Shown: positions 39,435-51,483, counted from the first letter of the stretch. The stretch is 64,000 nt of DNA from an uncultured Thermoleophilia bacterium (GCA_963715985.1 CAVQSP010000014.1:608001-672000), one strand, 5' to 3'. Numbers and translations are program-made. Notes: generated from the sequence alone by a model not told the origin.

Positions 39435-40652
39435 GTGACCGCCGTCGACCACGACGCACCCGGCGCCGGCCGCACCGTGCTGGTCGGCGTCACCGGCGGC
39501 ATCGCCATCTACAAGGCGGTGGAACTGGTGCGCGGCCTGGTCAAGGACGGCTTCAGACCGCTCGTCGTGACCACGGAATCGGCGAAGCGGTTCGTGATGC
39601 CGCTCACCTTCGCCGCGGTCTCCCAGGCGCCCGTCCTCGACGACGGCAGCGCGTGGCAGGCCTCCGGCGGCTGGTTCCAGCACATCGAGGCGGCGCGCAC
39701 GGCGCGCGTCATGGTGGTCGCGCCGGCCACAGCCAACACCCTGGCCAAGATGGCCGCCGGCATGGCCGACAACCTGCTCACCGCCATCTATCTGGCCTTC
39801 CGCGGGCCCACCATCGTGGCGCCCACGATGAACTGGGCGATGAACGAGCACCCGGCCACGGTGGAGAACCTCAGGGTGCTCGCGGCCCGTGGCGTGGAGG
39901 TCCTGCCCACGGAGGCGGGCGAGCTGGCCTGCGGCGAAGAGGGCTCGGGACGCATGGCGTCACCCGACGCCATCCGCCTGGCCGTGCGCCGTGCCTTCGC
40001 GAGCACCGCAGCCGGGCCACTGGCCGGCAGGAAGGTCGTGGTGACGTCCGGCGGCACCCGCGAGCGCATCGACGCGGTGCGCTTCATCGGCAACCGCTCC
40101 AGCGGCAAGATGGGGCGCGCAGTGGCCGACGAGGCGTACCTGCGCGGCGCCAACGTGACGCTCGTCACCACGCAGCCGGCCGGCGGCACGGCCTACGACG
40201 TCGTGGCCGTGGAGAGCGCGGCCGACATGGCGGCCGCGGTGACCGCCCAGCTCTCCGACGCAGACGTGCTGGTCATGGCCGCTGCCGTGGCCGACTTCAA
40301 GCCGCGTGAGGTGGAGGACGGCAAGATCCCCCGCGGCGAGCGCGAGACGCTCACGCTGGACCTGGTGCGCACGGTGGACGTGCTCGCCCAGACCGCCCGC
40401 CCCGGCCTCTTCCGCGTCGGCTTCGCCGCCGAGGCCGGCCCGCAGCTCCAGCGGGCGCGGGACAAGAAGGCGGCCAAGGCCGTCGACCTGCTCGTGTTCA
40501 ACGACATCCTCGCCGAGGGCGTGGGCATCGGCGCCGACGAGAACGAGATCACCATCATCGGTGCCCGCGGCGAGGTGCACGTGCCGCGTACGAGCAAGGC
40601 GGCTTGCGCGGCCGCCATCGCCGACGCCATAGAGGCGGGTCTGCAGCGATGA
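39435..40652 (+). CDS. coaBC: Phosphopantothenoylcysteine decarboxylase/synthetase
   Basis: GVTGGIAIYK, APATAN, LACGEEG, GGTRERIDAVRFIGNRSSGKMG, AAVADF, GFAAE. Confidence 0.96.
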   Translation: MTAVDHDAPGAGRTVLVGVTGGIAIYKAVELVRGLVKDGFRPLVVTTESAKRFVMPLTFAAVSQAPVLDDGSAWQASGGWFQHIEAARTARVMVVAPATANTLAKMAAGMADNLLTAIYLAFRGPTIVAPTMNWAMNEHPATVENLRVLAARGVEVLPTEAGELACGEEGSGRMASPDAIRLAVRRAFASTAAGPLAGRKVVVTSGGTRERIDAVRFIGNRSSGKMGRAVADEAYLRGANVTLVTTQPAGGTAYDVVAVESAADMAAAVTAQLSDADVLVMAAAVADFKPREVEDGKIPRGERETLTLDLVRTVDVLAQTARPGLFRVGFAAEAGPQLQRARDKKAAKAVDLLVFNDILAEGVGIGADENEITIIGARGEVHVPRTSKAACAAAIADAIEAGLQR

Positions 40653-41215
40653 CCGCCACCGTGCGCGACGACGTGCTGGCGCTGGTCGCGGCCCGTGTGG
40701 CCAACGAACACCTGCGCCGCCACATGCTGGCCACGGAGGCCATCATGCGCGCCCTCGCCGTGCGCCTCGGCGAAGACCCGGACCTCTGGGGCCTCGCCGG
40801 CCTCGCGCACGACCTCGACTCGGAGGAGACGGAGGGCGACTTCACACGCCACGGCGCGGAGGCCGCCGAGACGTTGCGCGGCCTGGGCATGCCGGAGGAG
40901 GCCGCGCACGCCGTCGCCGCCCACAACCCGGATACCGGGGTCACGGCGTCGTCGCCCTTCGACGTCGCTCTGATCGCCGCCGACCAGCTCAGCGGGCTGG
41001 TCACCGCCGCCGCGCTCGTCCGCCCGGACAAGGACCTGGCCAACGTCCAGGCCAAGTCGGTGCGCAAGCGCTTCCGTGAAGGCGCCTTCGCGCGCGGGGT
41101 CGACCGCGACTCCATCGCCCGCTGCACGGAGCTGGGGCTCGAGTTGGACGAGTTCATCGCCTTGGGCCTGGAGGCGATGCAGGGCATCGCCGCGGAACTC
41201 GGCCTCTCGTCCTGA
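40649..41215 (+). CDS. HD/HDIG-domain phosphohydrolase
   Basis: HMLATEAIMR, WGLAGLAHDLD, HG, AADQLSGL, FARGVDRD. Confidence 0.85.
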   Translation: MTATVRDDVLALVAARVANEHLRRHMLATEAIMRALAVRLGEDPDLWGLAGLAHDLDSEETEGDFTRHGAEAAETLRGLGMPEEAAHAVAAHNPDTGVTASSPFDVALIAADQLSGLVTAAALVRPDKDLANVQAKSVRKRFREGAFARGVDRDSIARCTELGLELDEFIALGLEAMQGIAAELGLSS

Positions 41216-41220
41216 GGCCG

Positions 41221-41610
41221 ATGGACGGCTTCACCCGGCGCGAACCCGCCTTCGAGGCCGAGAGCGAGGCGTACACCCTGTTCACCCGCGGCATGGCCCT
41301 TCTCCGCGATCGTCACGCGGCGCAGGCGGCGATGCTGCTCACGCGGGCGCTGCGCCTGGAGCCGGACAGGAACTCCATCCGCGAGGGGCTCGGGCGGGCG
41401 GAGTTCGCGCTGGGGCACCACGAGCGCGCGGCGGAGCTGTTCGAGAGCGTCGTCGGCGAGGTGCCGGACAACGACTACGCACACTACGCGCTGAGTCGCT
41501 GCCTGCTCGCGCTCGGGCGCGAGGACGAGGCGCGGGGCCACCTGCGGCTGGCCCGCGCCCTCAAGCCGCACAGCGCGCTCTACTGCGACGCCGTCGGCGA
41601 CCCCGGCTGA
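41221..41610 (+). CDS. Tetratricopeptide repeat protein
   Basis: Helical repeats ALRLEPD...REGLGRAEF, PDNDYAHYAL...ARGHLRLA. Confidence 0.8.
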   Translation: MDGFTRREPAFEAESEAYTLFTRGMALLRDRHAAQAAMLLTRALRLEPDRNSIREGLGRAEFALGHHERAAELFESVVGEVPDNDYAHYALSRCLLALGREDEARGHLRLARALKPHSALYCDAVGDPG

Positions 41611-41718
41611 CCTTCTCGTGCTGGGCGGACGCCGGCCGTCCGGCTCGCACACGGCGTGCGCCTGCCGCACAGTCCACGTGCTGCGGAGGCCGGCACCCCC
41701 GCTGCGCCCCGCGCCGCC

Positions 41719-42801
41719 TCAGCTGTGCGGCACGATGGGGGGCGGGGGAGGCGGAGCAGACGCCCCGCCCAGGCTGAAGGGATTCGCTGCGGGATCCGGC
41801 GGAGCCGGAGGCGCCGGAGCCTGCGTGGCCGCCGTGGCATCGGCCACGGCCTGGCGGCTCGGGCGCAGGGCGTCCGGCCCCGCGTGGGCCATCTCGAGCA
41901 GCACGGCGATGCGCTTCTGGATGGGCGGGTGCGTGTCGAAGAGCCCGGACGACTCCTTCACCTTCTTGCCTTTGAGCGGGTTGGCGATGAAGAGGTGCGC
42001 CGTGGCGCGGTTGGCGCTCTTGAGCGGCTGAGGGTCGCCGGCGATGTCGCTGAGCGCGCGTGCCAGGCCGAGCGGGTTGCGCGTGAGCTCCACGGCGCTG
42101 GCGTCGGCGAGGTACTCGCGGCGCCGCGAGATGGCGAACTGCACCGAGTAGGCGGCCAGCGGCGCGAGGATGGCGAGCACGACGGCGACGATGAGGAAGA
42201 CGATCTGCGCGTCGCCGCCGTCGCTGCTACCGCCCCGGCGTCGGCCCATGCCGCCCCAGAAGGTCCAGCGAAGGAAGAAGTCGGCGACCAGGGCGATCAT
42301 GCCCACCATGATGCCGACCAGCGTGGCGAAGCGGATGTCGTAGTTGCGCACGTGAGAGAGCTCGTGGGCGAGCACGCCCTGCAGCTCCTCGCGGTCGAGG
42401 CGGCGCATGAGCCCTCGCGTGACGGCCACCGACGCGTGCAGAGGGTCGCGGCCGGTGGCGAACGCGTTGAGCGCCGGGTCTTCGATGACGTAGACCGCCG
42501 GCACCTTGGGAAGGCCGGCGGCGATGGTGAGCTCCTCGACGACGTTGAAGAGCTGCGGCTCGTCGTCGTGGCTCACCTGGCGGGCGCCGCTTACGGCCAG
42601 CACCATCTTGTCGCCGGAGTAGTAGCCGATCACGCTCCAGACGATGGCGACAACGCCGAACACGCCCAGCAGGCCGATGCCCCCACTGGTGCCGCCCAGG
42701 GTGGCGGCCCCGATGATGAAGCCGAGCATGGCGAGGATGGCTACGACGAGCCCCATGAGAAGCCACGAGGCCCGGCGGTTGCGGGCGATCTGTTCGTACA
42801 T
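41719..42801 (-). CDS. htpX: M48 zinc metalloprotease HtpX
   Basis: NAFATG, AHELSH, SRRREYLAD, THPP. Pro-rich tail. Confidence 0.92.
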   Translation of the reverse strand: MYEQIARNRRASWLLMGLVVAILAMLGFIIGAATLGGTSGGIGLLGVFGVVAIVWSVIGYYSGDKMVLAVSGARQVSHDDEPQLFNVVEELTIAAGLPKVPAVYVIEDPALNAFATGRDPLHASVAVTRGLMRRLDREELQGVLAHELSHVRNYDIRFATLVGIMVGMIALVADFFLRWTFWGGMGRRRGGSSDGGDAQIVFLIVAVVLAILAPLAAYSVQFAISRRREYLADASAVELTRNPLGLARALSDIAGDPQPLKSANRATAHLFIANPLKGKKVKESSGLFDTHPPIQKRIAVLLEMAHAGPDALRPSRQAVADATAATQAPAPPAPPDPAANPFSLGGASAPPPPPPIVPHS

Positions 42802-42821
42802 GGCTGTGAGTTACGCCACGC

Positions 42822-43382
42822 TCAGCGCAGGTCGACCTTGGGCACCTCGCGGTCGCCCTCCGGCGCCTCGAAGAACTGCCTCGCCGTGAAGTTGAACATG
42901 CCGGCGATGATGTTGGACGGGAACATCTGGATCTTGTTGTTGTAGGTGAGGACGCTGTCGTTGTAGAACTGCCGCGCGAAGGAGATCTTGTTCTCCGTCG
43001 CCGTGAGCTCCTCTTGCAGGCTGAGCACGTTCTGGTTGGCCTTGAGGTCCGGGTAGTTCTCCACCACCGCGAACAGCGACTTGAGGCTGTCCGTCAGCAT
43101 GTTCTCCGCCTGCGCCTGGGCCTGAGGGCCCTGTGTGCCCGCGTTCATGGCGGCGGCCCGCGCATTGGTGACGTTCGTGAGCGTCTCCTGCTCGTAGGAC
43201 ATGTAGTCCTTGACGGCCTCGACGAGGTTGGGGATGAGGTCGTGCCGGCGCTTGAGCTGCACGTCGATCTGGCTCCAGGCGTTGTCCACCTGGTTGCGCC
43301 TGCGCACGAGGCTGTTGTACATGCTCGCGAGGATGATGCCGAGGACCACCAGCACCACGATGATGACGATGATCGCGATCAC
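42822..43382 (-). CDS. lemA: LemA family protein
   Basis: N-terminal TM segment, [33 protein letters not shown]. Confidence 0.95.
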   Translation of the reverse strand: MIAIIVIIVVLVVLGIILASMYNSLVRRRNQVDNAWSQIDVQLKRRHDLIPNLVEAVKDYMSYEQETLTNVTNARAAAMNAGTQGPQAQAQAENMLTDSLKSLFAVVENYPDLKANQNVLSLQEELTATENKISFARQFYNDSVLTYNNKIQMFPSNIIAGMFNFTARQFFEAPEGDREVPKVDLR

Positions 43383-43491
43383 GCAGGACTCCTTTCACGA
43401 ATGACGTCGTATGGTGCCTAGTGTATGCCACGCGGGGGTAGAGCTTAGACGCGCATTTGTGAGGGCACGAGGCCTCGACTATCCTTGGACG

Positions 43492-44286
43492 ATGAAGTCC
43501 CGCGGCCGTGACATAGCGCTTCTCGTGCTCGCCGTGGCGGTCGTGGCGGGCGCGGCCCTCGGCGGCTACGCAGTTCTCCGCGCCCGCGCCGACGCGGCTC
43601 CTCCCGTCCGTCAGGTCCTGGCCCCTGTCGAACTGCCCACGGCCACACCGGCGCCGAGCTCGAGCCCCGAGCCGCAGTACGAACGCTGGACCGTGGGGGT
43701 GGCCCGGCGCCCGGTGACGGTCCTCAAGCGGCCCTCCAGCGACGCCGCCGAGGTCGTGAAGATGGGCAAGACCACCAACGACTACCCCACGGTGTTCCTT
43801 GTCGACGACATCCGCGAGATCGACGGCGTCCCCTGGTACAAGGTGTGGGTGGCGGCGTCCCCCAACGGCACGCAGGGGTGGGTCAAGGACGGGCAGCTCG
43901 CCTTCTACACCACGGCCTCCAAGATCGTCGTGGACCTCTCCGAGCGCACGCTCACGGTGTACCGGCGCGGCACGCTGGAGGGGGCGTTTCCGGTGGCCGT
44001 GGGGCGCCCGGGCCTGGCCACGCCAACGGGCACCTACTTCGTGACGATGAAGCTGCGCCCGCCGGACCCCGGCGGCGCCTACGGCGTGCTGGCCCTCGGG
44101 ACCAGCGCCTTTCAGCCCAAGCTCAGCGACTGGCCGGGTGGGGGAGTGGTGGGCATCCACGGCACCAACGAGCCGTGGCTCGTCGGCAAGGCCATCAGCC
44201 ACGGCTGCATCCGCATGAAGAACAGCGCCATCGTGAGAGTGGGCAAGCTGGTGCCCACCGGCAGCCCGGTGTTCATCCAGAAGTAG
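43492..44286 (+). CDS. L,D-transpeptidase (YkuD family) with N-terminal membrane anchor and SH3-like region
   Basis: IVVDLSER, VAVG...TPTG, GIHGT, SHGCIRM. Confidence 0.88.
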   Translation: MKSRGRDIALLVLAVAVVAGAALGGYAVLRARADAAPPVRQVLAPVELPTATPAPSSSPEPQYERWTVGVARRPVTVLKRPSSDAAEVVKMGKTTNDYPTVFLVDDIREIDGVPWYKVWVAASPNGTQGWVKDGQLAFYTTASKIVVDLSERTLTVYRRGTLEGAFPVAVGRPGLATPTGTYFVTMKLRPPDPGGAYGVLALGTSAFQPKLSDWPGGGVVGIHGTNEPWLVGKAISHGCIRMKNSAIVRVGKLVPTGSPVFIQK

Positions 44287-44292
44287 CGACCC

Positions 44293-44577
44293 TCACCAGT
44301 AGTCGCCCTGGTGCAGCATCATGTCGTGCGCCTTGCACTTGGGGCAGGTGTAGGAGGCGGACCGCTCGAGGAAGAACAGCTCGCTGCCGCACACCACGCA
44401 GCGGAACTCGTCCACGTGGATGTCGGCCCCGGTGAGGTCCACTTCCACGATCGTCGCGCACTCGACGCAGTACGCCGGCATGAAGCGCTGCCGCGGGTCA
44501 TATACGCTCACGCCCCAGCGGACACTCTCGGCCTTGTAGCCGCACTGGCGGCACTCGAACGTCGTGTACTCTCCCAT
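44293..44577 (-). CDS. Small protein with four CxxC motifs (putative double zinc ribbon)
   Basis: CRQC, CVEC, CVVC and CPKC within 94 aa. GAGGGG RBS. Confidence 0.75.
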   Translation of the reverse strand: MGEYTTFECRQCGYKAESVRWGVSVYDPRQRFMPAYCVECATIVEVDLTGADIHVDEFRCVVCGSELFFLERSASYTCPKCKAHDMMLHQGDYW

Positions 44578-44652
44578 GGCGCTGTCCCCTCACTTCGGCG
44601 GTGTGGTCAGTATCGGCAGATTCGCGCCGCGGATGAGGCCGCTCGCGCTTCC

Positions 44653-44682
44653 TTGAACGGTGAACAAACACGGTGCTATACT
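44653..44682 (+). promoter_or_regulatory. rimP-nusA-infB operon promoter
   Basis: TTGAAC-18-TATACT with an extended -10 TG. Confidence 0.7.
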
Positions 44683-44722
44683 TCTTCGGCTGGAAACACA
44701 CCACGAGGCGGACTCTTGCGCG

Positions 44723-44752
44723 AAAAGTCGGTGGGTCACCGACTTTTGTCTT
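44723..44752 (+). terminator. Leader terminator/attenuator (rimP-leader-like)
   Basis: AAAAGTCGGTG-GGT-CACCGACTTTT followed by GTCTT, between the promoter and the rimP start. Confidence 0.7.
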
Positions 44753-44766
44753 GTCAGGGGTCATAC

Positions 44767-45237
44767 ATGAGTGAGAGCAGAGAGGGATTGCAGAGGATGC
44801 TGGAGGCCAGACTGGCTGAGCGCTTTCCCGAGGTCGAGCTCGTCGACCTCGACGTACGCGGCGGGCAGACCGGCACCCTGACGCTGTACATAGACCGGCC
44901 CGGCGGCGTGGATCTTGAGGTCTGCGCCGCCGTCAGCCACGAGCTGGAGGACGTGCGCGAGCGCTACACGCTCGAGGTGTCGTCTCCTGGACTGGACCGG
45001 CGCCTGCGCAAGCCGGCGCACTTCGCCGCCGTCATCGGCCGCGACGTGGCGCTCAAGCTCACGGCGCCGCGCGACGGCCGCACCAACTTCCGCGGCGTGC
45101 TCACGGCGGCCGACGAGGCCACCGTCACGCTCACGCTCGCGGACGGCGGCGACGCCACGGTGCCGTTGGCGGACATCGCCAGGGCGCACGTGATCTACAA
45201 CTTTGACAGTGACAGTGACGGAGGCCGTCGTGAGTAG
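44767..45237 (+). CDS. rimP: Ribosome maturation factor RimP
   Basis: LYIDRPGGVD, YTLEVSSPGLDR. Directly upstream of nusA. Confidence 0.93.
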   Translation: MSESREGLQRMLEARLAERFPEVELVDLDVRGGQTGTLTLYIDRPGGVDLEVCAAVSHELEDVRERYTLEVSSPGLDRRLRKPAHFAAVIGRDVALKLTAPRDGRTNFRGVLTAADEATVTLTLADGGDATVPLADIARAHVIYNFDSDSDGGRRE

Positions 45238-46531
45238 AGAGATCATCGAGGCGCTGCGCCAGATCGAGAAGGAGAAGGGCATCGCCTTCGACGCCCTTGT
45301 GGCTGCGCTCGAAGACGCGCTGCTCTCGGCCTACAAGAAGACTCCCAATGCCGTCGAGCACGCCAAGGTCGAGGTGGACACCGAGACCGGCGACATGCGC
45401 GTCTACGAGCTCATCTTCCCCGACCACATCGACGTGGAGGCCCTCAAGGTCCACGACGATGAGACCGGCGAGGAGATCGGCCTCGACCTCTCGAGCGTGG
45501 ACATGAGCGAGGTCGAGCGCGTCGAGGTCACGCCCGACGACTTCGGGCGCATCGCCGCGCAGACCGCCAAGCAGGTCATCCTGCAGCGCATCCGCGAGGC
45601 GGAGCGGGACCTCATGTACGAGGAGTACATCGACCGCCTCGGCGAGCTGGTCACCGGCATCGTCCAACAGAGCGACCCGCGTCACAACACGCTCGTCGAG
45701 TTGGGCCGCGTCGAGGCCGAGTTGCCGCGCGGCGAGCAGATCGAGACCGAACACTACGACCACGGCGCCCGCATCAAGGCCGTCATCATGCGCGTGGAGG
45801 ATTCTGCCAAGGGCCCGCAGGTCAAGCTCTCCCGGCGCAGCGAGGAGCTCGTGCGCAAGCTGTTCGAGCTCGAGGTGCCGGAGATCGCCGACGGTCTCGT
45901 GGAGATCAAGCACGTGGCCCGTGAGACCGGCTACCGCGGCAAGGACGGCAAGCCGGTCCCCGGGCGCTGCAAGATCGCCGTCATCTCGCACGCCGACGGC
46001 GTGGACCCCGTGGGCGCGTGCGTCGGCCCTCGCGGCTCGCGCGTGCGCATGGTGGTCAGCGAGCTGCGCGGCGAACGCATCGACATCATCCCGTACAACG
46101 AAGACGCTGCGCGCTTCGTGGCCAAGGCGCTCTCGCCGGCCCGCGTGCGCGAGGTCATCGTCGACGACGAGGAGAAGACCGCCACCATCATCGTGCCCGA
46201 CGACCAGCTTTCGCTGGCCATCGGCAAGGAAGGCCAGAACGCGCGTCTCGCGAGCAAGCTCACCGGCTGGCGCATCGACATCAAGAGCCAGGCACAGATG
46301 GCCGAGGCCGAGAACAACATGGAGTTCGGCGACGACGAGGGCGTGGACGGCCAGTGCATGGCCGTGATGCGCACCGGCAAGCGCTGCCCCAATCAGGCTG
46401 AGCCCGGGTCGCGGTACTGCAGCATCCACGCCGATTACGTGGAGCCCGAGCGCCCGGCCGCCGCCCCGGTGGCCCAGGCCTCCGCCGACGAACCGGCCGA
46501 GAGTCCCGAGCCGGAGGCGAGCGAGGAGTGA
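45230..46531 (+). CDS. nusA: Transcription factor NusA with C-terminal Cys3-His extension
   Basis: FGRIAAQTAKQVI, S1 and KH domains, GACVGPRGSR, LSLAIGKEGQNARLA. Confidence 0.96.
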   Translation: MSREIIEALRQIEKEKGIAFDALVAALEDALLSAYKKTPNAVEHAKVEVDTETGDMRVYELIFPDHIDVEALKVHDDETGEEIGLDLSSVDMSEVERVEVTPDDFGRIAAQTAKQVILQRIREAERDLMYEEYIDRLGELVTGIVQQSDPRHNTLVELGRVEAELPRGEQIETEHYDHGARIKAVIMRVEDSAKGPQVKLSRRSEELVRKLFELEVPEIADGLVEIKHVARETGYRGKDGKPVPGRCKIAVISHADGVDPVGACVGPRGSRVRMVVSELRGERIDIIPYNEDAARFVAKALSPARVREVIVDDEEKTATIIVPDDQLSLAIGKEGQNARLASKLTGWRIDIKSQAQMAEAENNMEFGDDEGVDGQCMAVMRTGKRCPNQAEPGSRYCSIHADYVEPERPAAAPVAQASADEPAESPEPEASEE

Positions 46532-46800
46532 CGCTCGTGGCCGTGCCCGAACGCACGTGCGTCGGCTGCCGCCGGCGGCGCGAGCAGTCCCAGCTGGTGC
46601 GTCTGGTCCTCACTGAGGGCCGGGTCGTCCCGGCGAACGCGGGCGCGCCCGGACGCGGCGCTTACCTGTGCCCAGACACAACCTGTCTTGCGGCCGCGGA
46701 GAAGAAGCGCGCCTTCGCGCGCGCCTTCCGCGGCCCGGCCACGCTCGACGCTTCGGTGCGCGAGACAGTGGCCAGGACCACGGATCACGAAAGGCGGTGA
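46528..46800 (+). CDS. ylxR: YlxR/DUF448 RNA-binding protein
   Basis: PERTCVGCR, LVR, GRGAYLC, RAF. Confidence 0.88.
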   Translation: MTLVAVPERTCVGCRRRREQSQLVRLVLTEGRVVPANAGAPGRGAYLCPDTTCLAAAEKKRAFARAFRGPATLDASVRETVARTTDHERR

Positions 46801-46805
46801 GGTGA

Positions 46806-48876
<2,071 letters not shown>

Positions 48877-48887
<11 letters not shown>

Positions 48888-49200
48888 CGCCTGCCTCGGC
48901 GTCCTGCTCGCGGAGCTTCACTTCCCAGAGAGCAGGTCGCTGAAGGAGAAGCGCGCGCCTCTCGCGTCGCTGCGCGACGCGGTCCACGCGCGCTTCCGCG
49001 CTTCGTTCAGCGAGGTCGGCCTGCAGGACGTCTGGCAGCGGGCCCGTGTGCTCATCGTGCTCGCGGCGTCGTCCCTGACGCAGGCCGCCGAGCGCCTCGA
49101 CGACGTCGACCGCTTCATCCACGCGCAGGACTTCGAAGTCTCGCGCGTCGTCCTCAAGACCGCGGACACGGTGGGTACCCTGTGGGACATCGACTACTGA
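48877..49200 (+). CDS. DUF503/YlxP family protein
   Basis: SRSLKEKR...SEVGLQDVWQR. Conserved position between infB and rbfA. Confidence 0.85.
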
Positions 49201-49646
49201 GGGTCAACGAGAGCATCAAGGAGATCCTCTCGTCCATCATCACGGCTGAGGGCCTCAAGGACCCGCGCGTCGGGTTCGTCACGGTGACCGGCGTCGAGAC
49301 GTCGCCGGACCTGAGGTACGCGAAGGTCTACGTGAGCGTCCTCGGCAAACAGGCCGAGCGCGACGCCTGTATGGAGGCCCTCGAGCACTCGCGTGGCTAC
49401 CTGCAGGCGCGCCTCAACGCGGCATCGCACATGAAGCGCACCCCGCAACTCGAGTTCCACTACGACAGCACGCTGGACAACGCCCTTCACATCGAGCAGC
49501 TGATGAAGAAGGAGGAGGAAGTCCTCGGCGTGGAGCAGCCGGACATCTTCGTCGCCGGAGAGGACGACGACGCTGATGCGGAGGCTGAAGCGGCAGCAGA
49601 CGGCGCTGAGGAGCCGGCCGGGGACGGGGGAGAGGCCGGCGCGTGA
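49182..49646 (+). CDS. rbfA: Ribosome-binding factor A
   Basis: RVNE, KDPRVG, SPDLRYAKVY, PQLEFHYD. Confidence 0.95.
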   Translation: MGHRLLRVNESIKEILSSIITAEGLKDPRVGFVTVTGVETSPDLRYAKVYVSVLGKQAERDACMEALEHSRGYLQARLNAASHMKRTPQLEFHYDSTLDNALHIEQLMKKEEEVLGVEQPDIFVAGEDDDADAEAEAAADGAEEPAGDGGEAGA

Positions 49647-50620
49647 AGGCGCTCGCCGCCGACGTCGCCGCACTGTGCCGGCGCATGGCCGCCGAGACGC
49701 GGGTCGCGCTGGCCGTTCACGAGAAGCCCGACCCGGACGCTCTGGGCGCGGCCGGGGGGATGCTCGACCTCTTCGCCCAGCTCGGCGCCGAGGCTCACCT
49801 GTACGTTGTCGAGGGCGAGCTGCTCCCGCTTGAGGCGCTGCTGCTGCCGGCCGGCGACGTGGTGCGCGGGCTGCCGCCTGCCGGGCTGCCTCTGTACGCG
49901 CTCGACTGCGGCACGCTGCCACGCCTGGCCCTGCCGATCGAGAGCTGGGACGGCCCGGTCGTCGACATCGACCACCACCACGACAACACCGCGTTCGGCG
50001 ACGTGAACCTGCTGCGCCCGGACGCCAGCAGCACCAGCGAGATCGTCTGCACGGTGGCCCATGGTCTGCGGCTCACGCCGGGGCTGGCAGCGGCGACGGC
50101 GCTGTACGCCGGCATCTCCTTCGACTCCGGCCACTTCCATCACGGCAGCACCAGCGCCGCCACCTTCGCCTGTGCGGCTTGGCTGCGGGGCTTGGGTGTC
50201 GACGTGACGGCGGTGTACGGCGAGCTGTACGAGCGCGGTTCGCTCGGCGCGCTGCGCCTGCGGGCGCGCGCCGTCGACAGCGTCACGCCGGTGGCGGGCG
50301 GCCGGGGCCTCATCGCGACTGTGCGTCGCGACGACTACGCGGCCGCCGGAGCCGGCGAGGAAGAGACCGAGGGCATCGTGGAGAGCCTTCGCGCCGTGGA
50401 CGGCGTGGAGGCTTCCGCCCTCGTCAAGGAGCAGACCAGCGGCGCTCGCGTGCGCGTGAGCCTGCGCTCCAGCGCCGTGGACGTCAGCGCCATCGCCGCT
50501 CTTCGCGGCGGCGGCGGCCATCGCCTGGCCGCAGGATTCTCCAGCGACGACTCTCCCGAGGAGGTGATCGCGTGGCTCAGTTCAGAACTCGCAAGGTGCC
50601 TCTCGACGGCATCCTCCTGA
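49643..50620 (+). CDS. nrnA: DHH/DHHA1 phosphoesterase (NrnA-like)
   Basis: HEKPDPDA, DC, IDHH, VSLRS, GGGHRLAAG. Confidence 0.88.
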   Translation: MKALAADVAALCRRMAAETRVALAVHEKPDPDALGAAGGMLDLFAQLGAEAHLYVVEGELLPLEALLLPAGDVVRGLPPAGLPLYALDCGTLPRLALPIESWDGPVVDIDHHHDNTAFGDVNLLRPDASSTSEIVCTVAHGLRLTPGLAAATALYAGISFDSGHFHHGSTSAATFACAAWLRGLGVDVTAVYGELYERGSLGALRLRARAVDSVTPVAGGRGLIATVRRDDYAAAGAGEEETEGIVESLRAVDGVEASALVKEQTSGARVRVSLRSSAVDVSAIAALRGGGGHRLAAGFSSDDSPEEVIAWLSSELARCLSTASS

Positions 50621-51483
50621 TCGACAAGCCCGCCGGCGCCACATCGCACGACGTGGTCGCCCGCGTGCGACGGCTGTTGCGCCCCACGGTCAAGAAGGTC
50701 GGTCACGCCGGCACGCTCGACCCGTTCGCCACGGGGCTGCTCGTGGTGCTCATCGGCAGGGCCACCAAGCTGGCTCGCTTCTTCGTGGATCTGCCCAAGG
50801 AGTACGAGTGCACGCTCAAGTTCGGGGTACGCTCGGACACCGGCGATCTCACAGGCACGCTCACGGAGACCGGTCTGACCACCACGCGTGAGGCTGTGGA
50901 AGCCGTGCTGCCGGACTTCACCGGCAGCATCATGCAGTCGGTCCCCATGACCTCGGCGGTCAAGGTGGACGGGGAGCGTCTCTACAAGAAGGCGCACCGT
51001 GGCGAGGTGATCGAGACCCCTATCAAAGAGGTCGAGATCGAGGCCATCGAGGTGCTCGGCTTCGACGCAGAGGCGCAGACCATGCGCTGCCTCATCGGCT
51101 GCTCGAAGGGCACGTACGTGCGCCAGCTCGCCATCGACATCGGCGAGGCGGTCGGCGCGGGGGCCCACCTCGAACAGCTCTCCCGCACCGCCACCGGTGA
51201 GCTCGACCTGGGCGAGTCCCAGACGCTGGCGGCGTTCGAGGAGGCGGTGACGGCGCGCGATCCCGGCGACGAGCACATCCCCGGCCTCGTCCCGCCGTCC
51301 GCGGCGCTGCAGTTCATGCCGGCGCTGGAGCTCTCGGCGGCCCAGGTGACGGCGGTGCGCAACGGCGCCCGCCTGCCGGGCGGCCCTCCGGAGCCCGTCC
51401 GGCTCACCTTCCGCGGCGAGCTCATCGCCATCTACGGTCCCGCCGAGGAGGGCCACGCCCTCAAGCTGCTCGTCAAGCTCTGA
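50572..51483 (+). CDS. truB: tRNA pseudouridine(55) synthase
   Basis: DKPAG-TSHDVV, GHAGTLDPFATG, CSKGTYVR. Confidence 0.96.
   Translation: MAQFRTRKVPLDGILLIDKPAGATSHDVVARVRRLLRPTVKKVGHAGTLDPFATGLLVVLIGRATKLARFFVDLPKEYECTLKFGVRSDTGDLTGTLTETGLTTTREAVEAVLPDFTGSIMQSVPMTSAVKVDGERLYKKAHRGEVIETPIKEVEIEAIEVLGFDAEAQTMRCLIGCSKGTYVRQLAIDIGEAVGAGAHLEQLSRTATGELDLGESQTLAAFEEAVTARDPGDEHIPGLVPPSAALQFMPALELSAAQVTAVRNGARLPGGPPEPVRLTFRGELIAIYGPAEEGHALKLLVKL

Noticed and set aside
45205-45219. Short tandem repeat GACAGT at the end of rimP, and Pro/Thr-rich repeats in rodZ and htpX
   Set aside because: These are low-complexity coding linkers, not CRISPR or contingency repeats.
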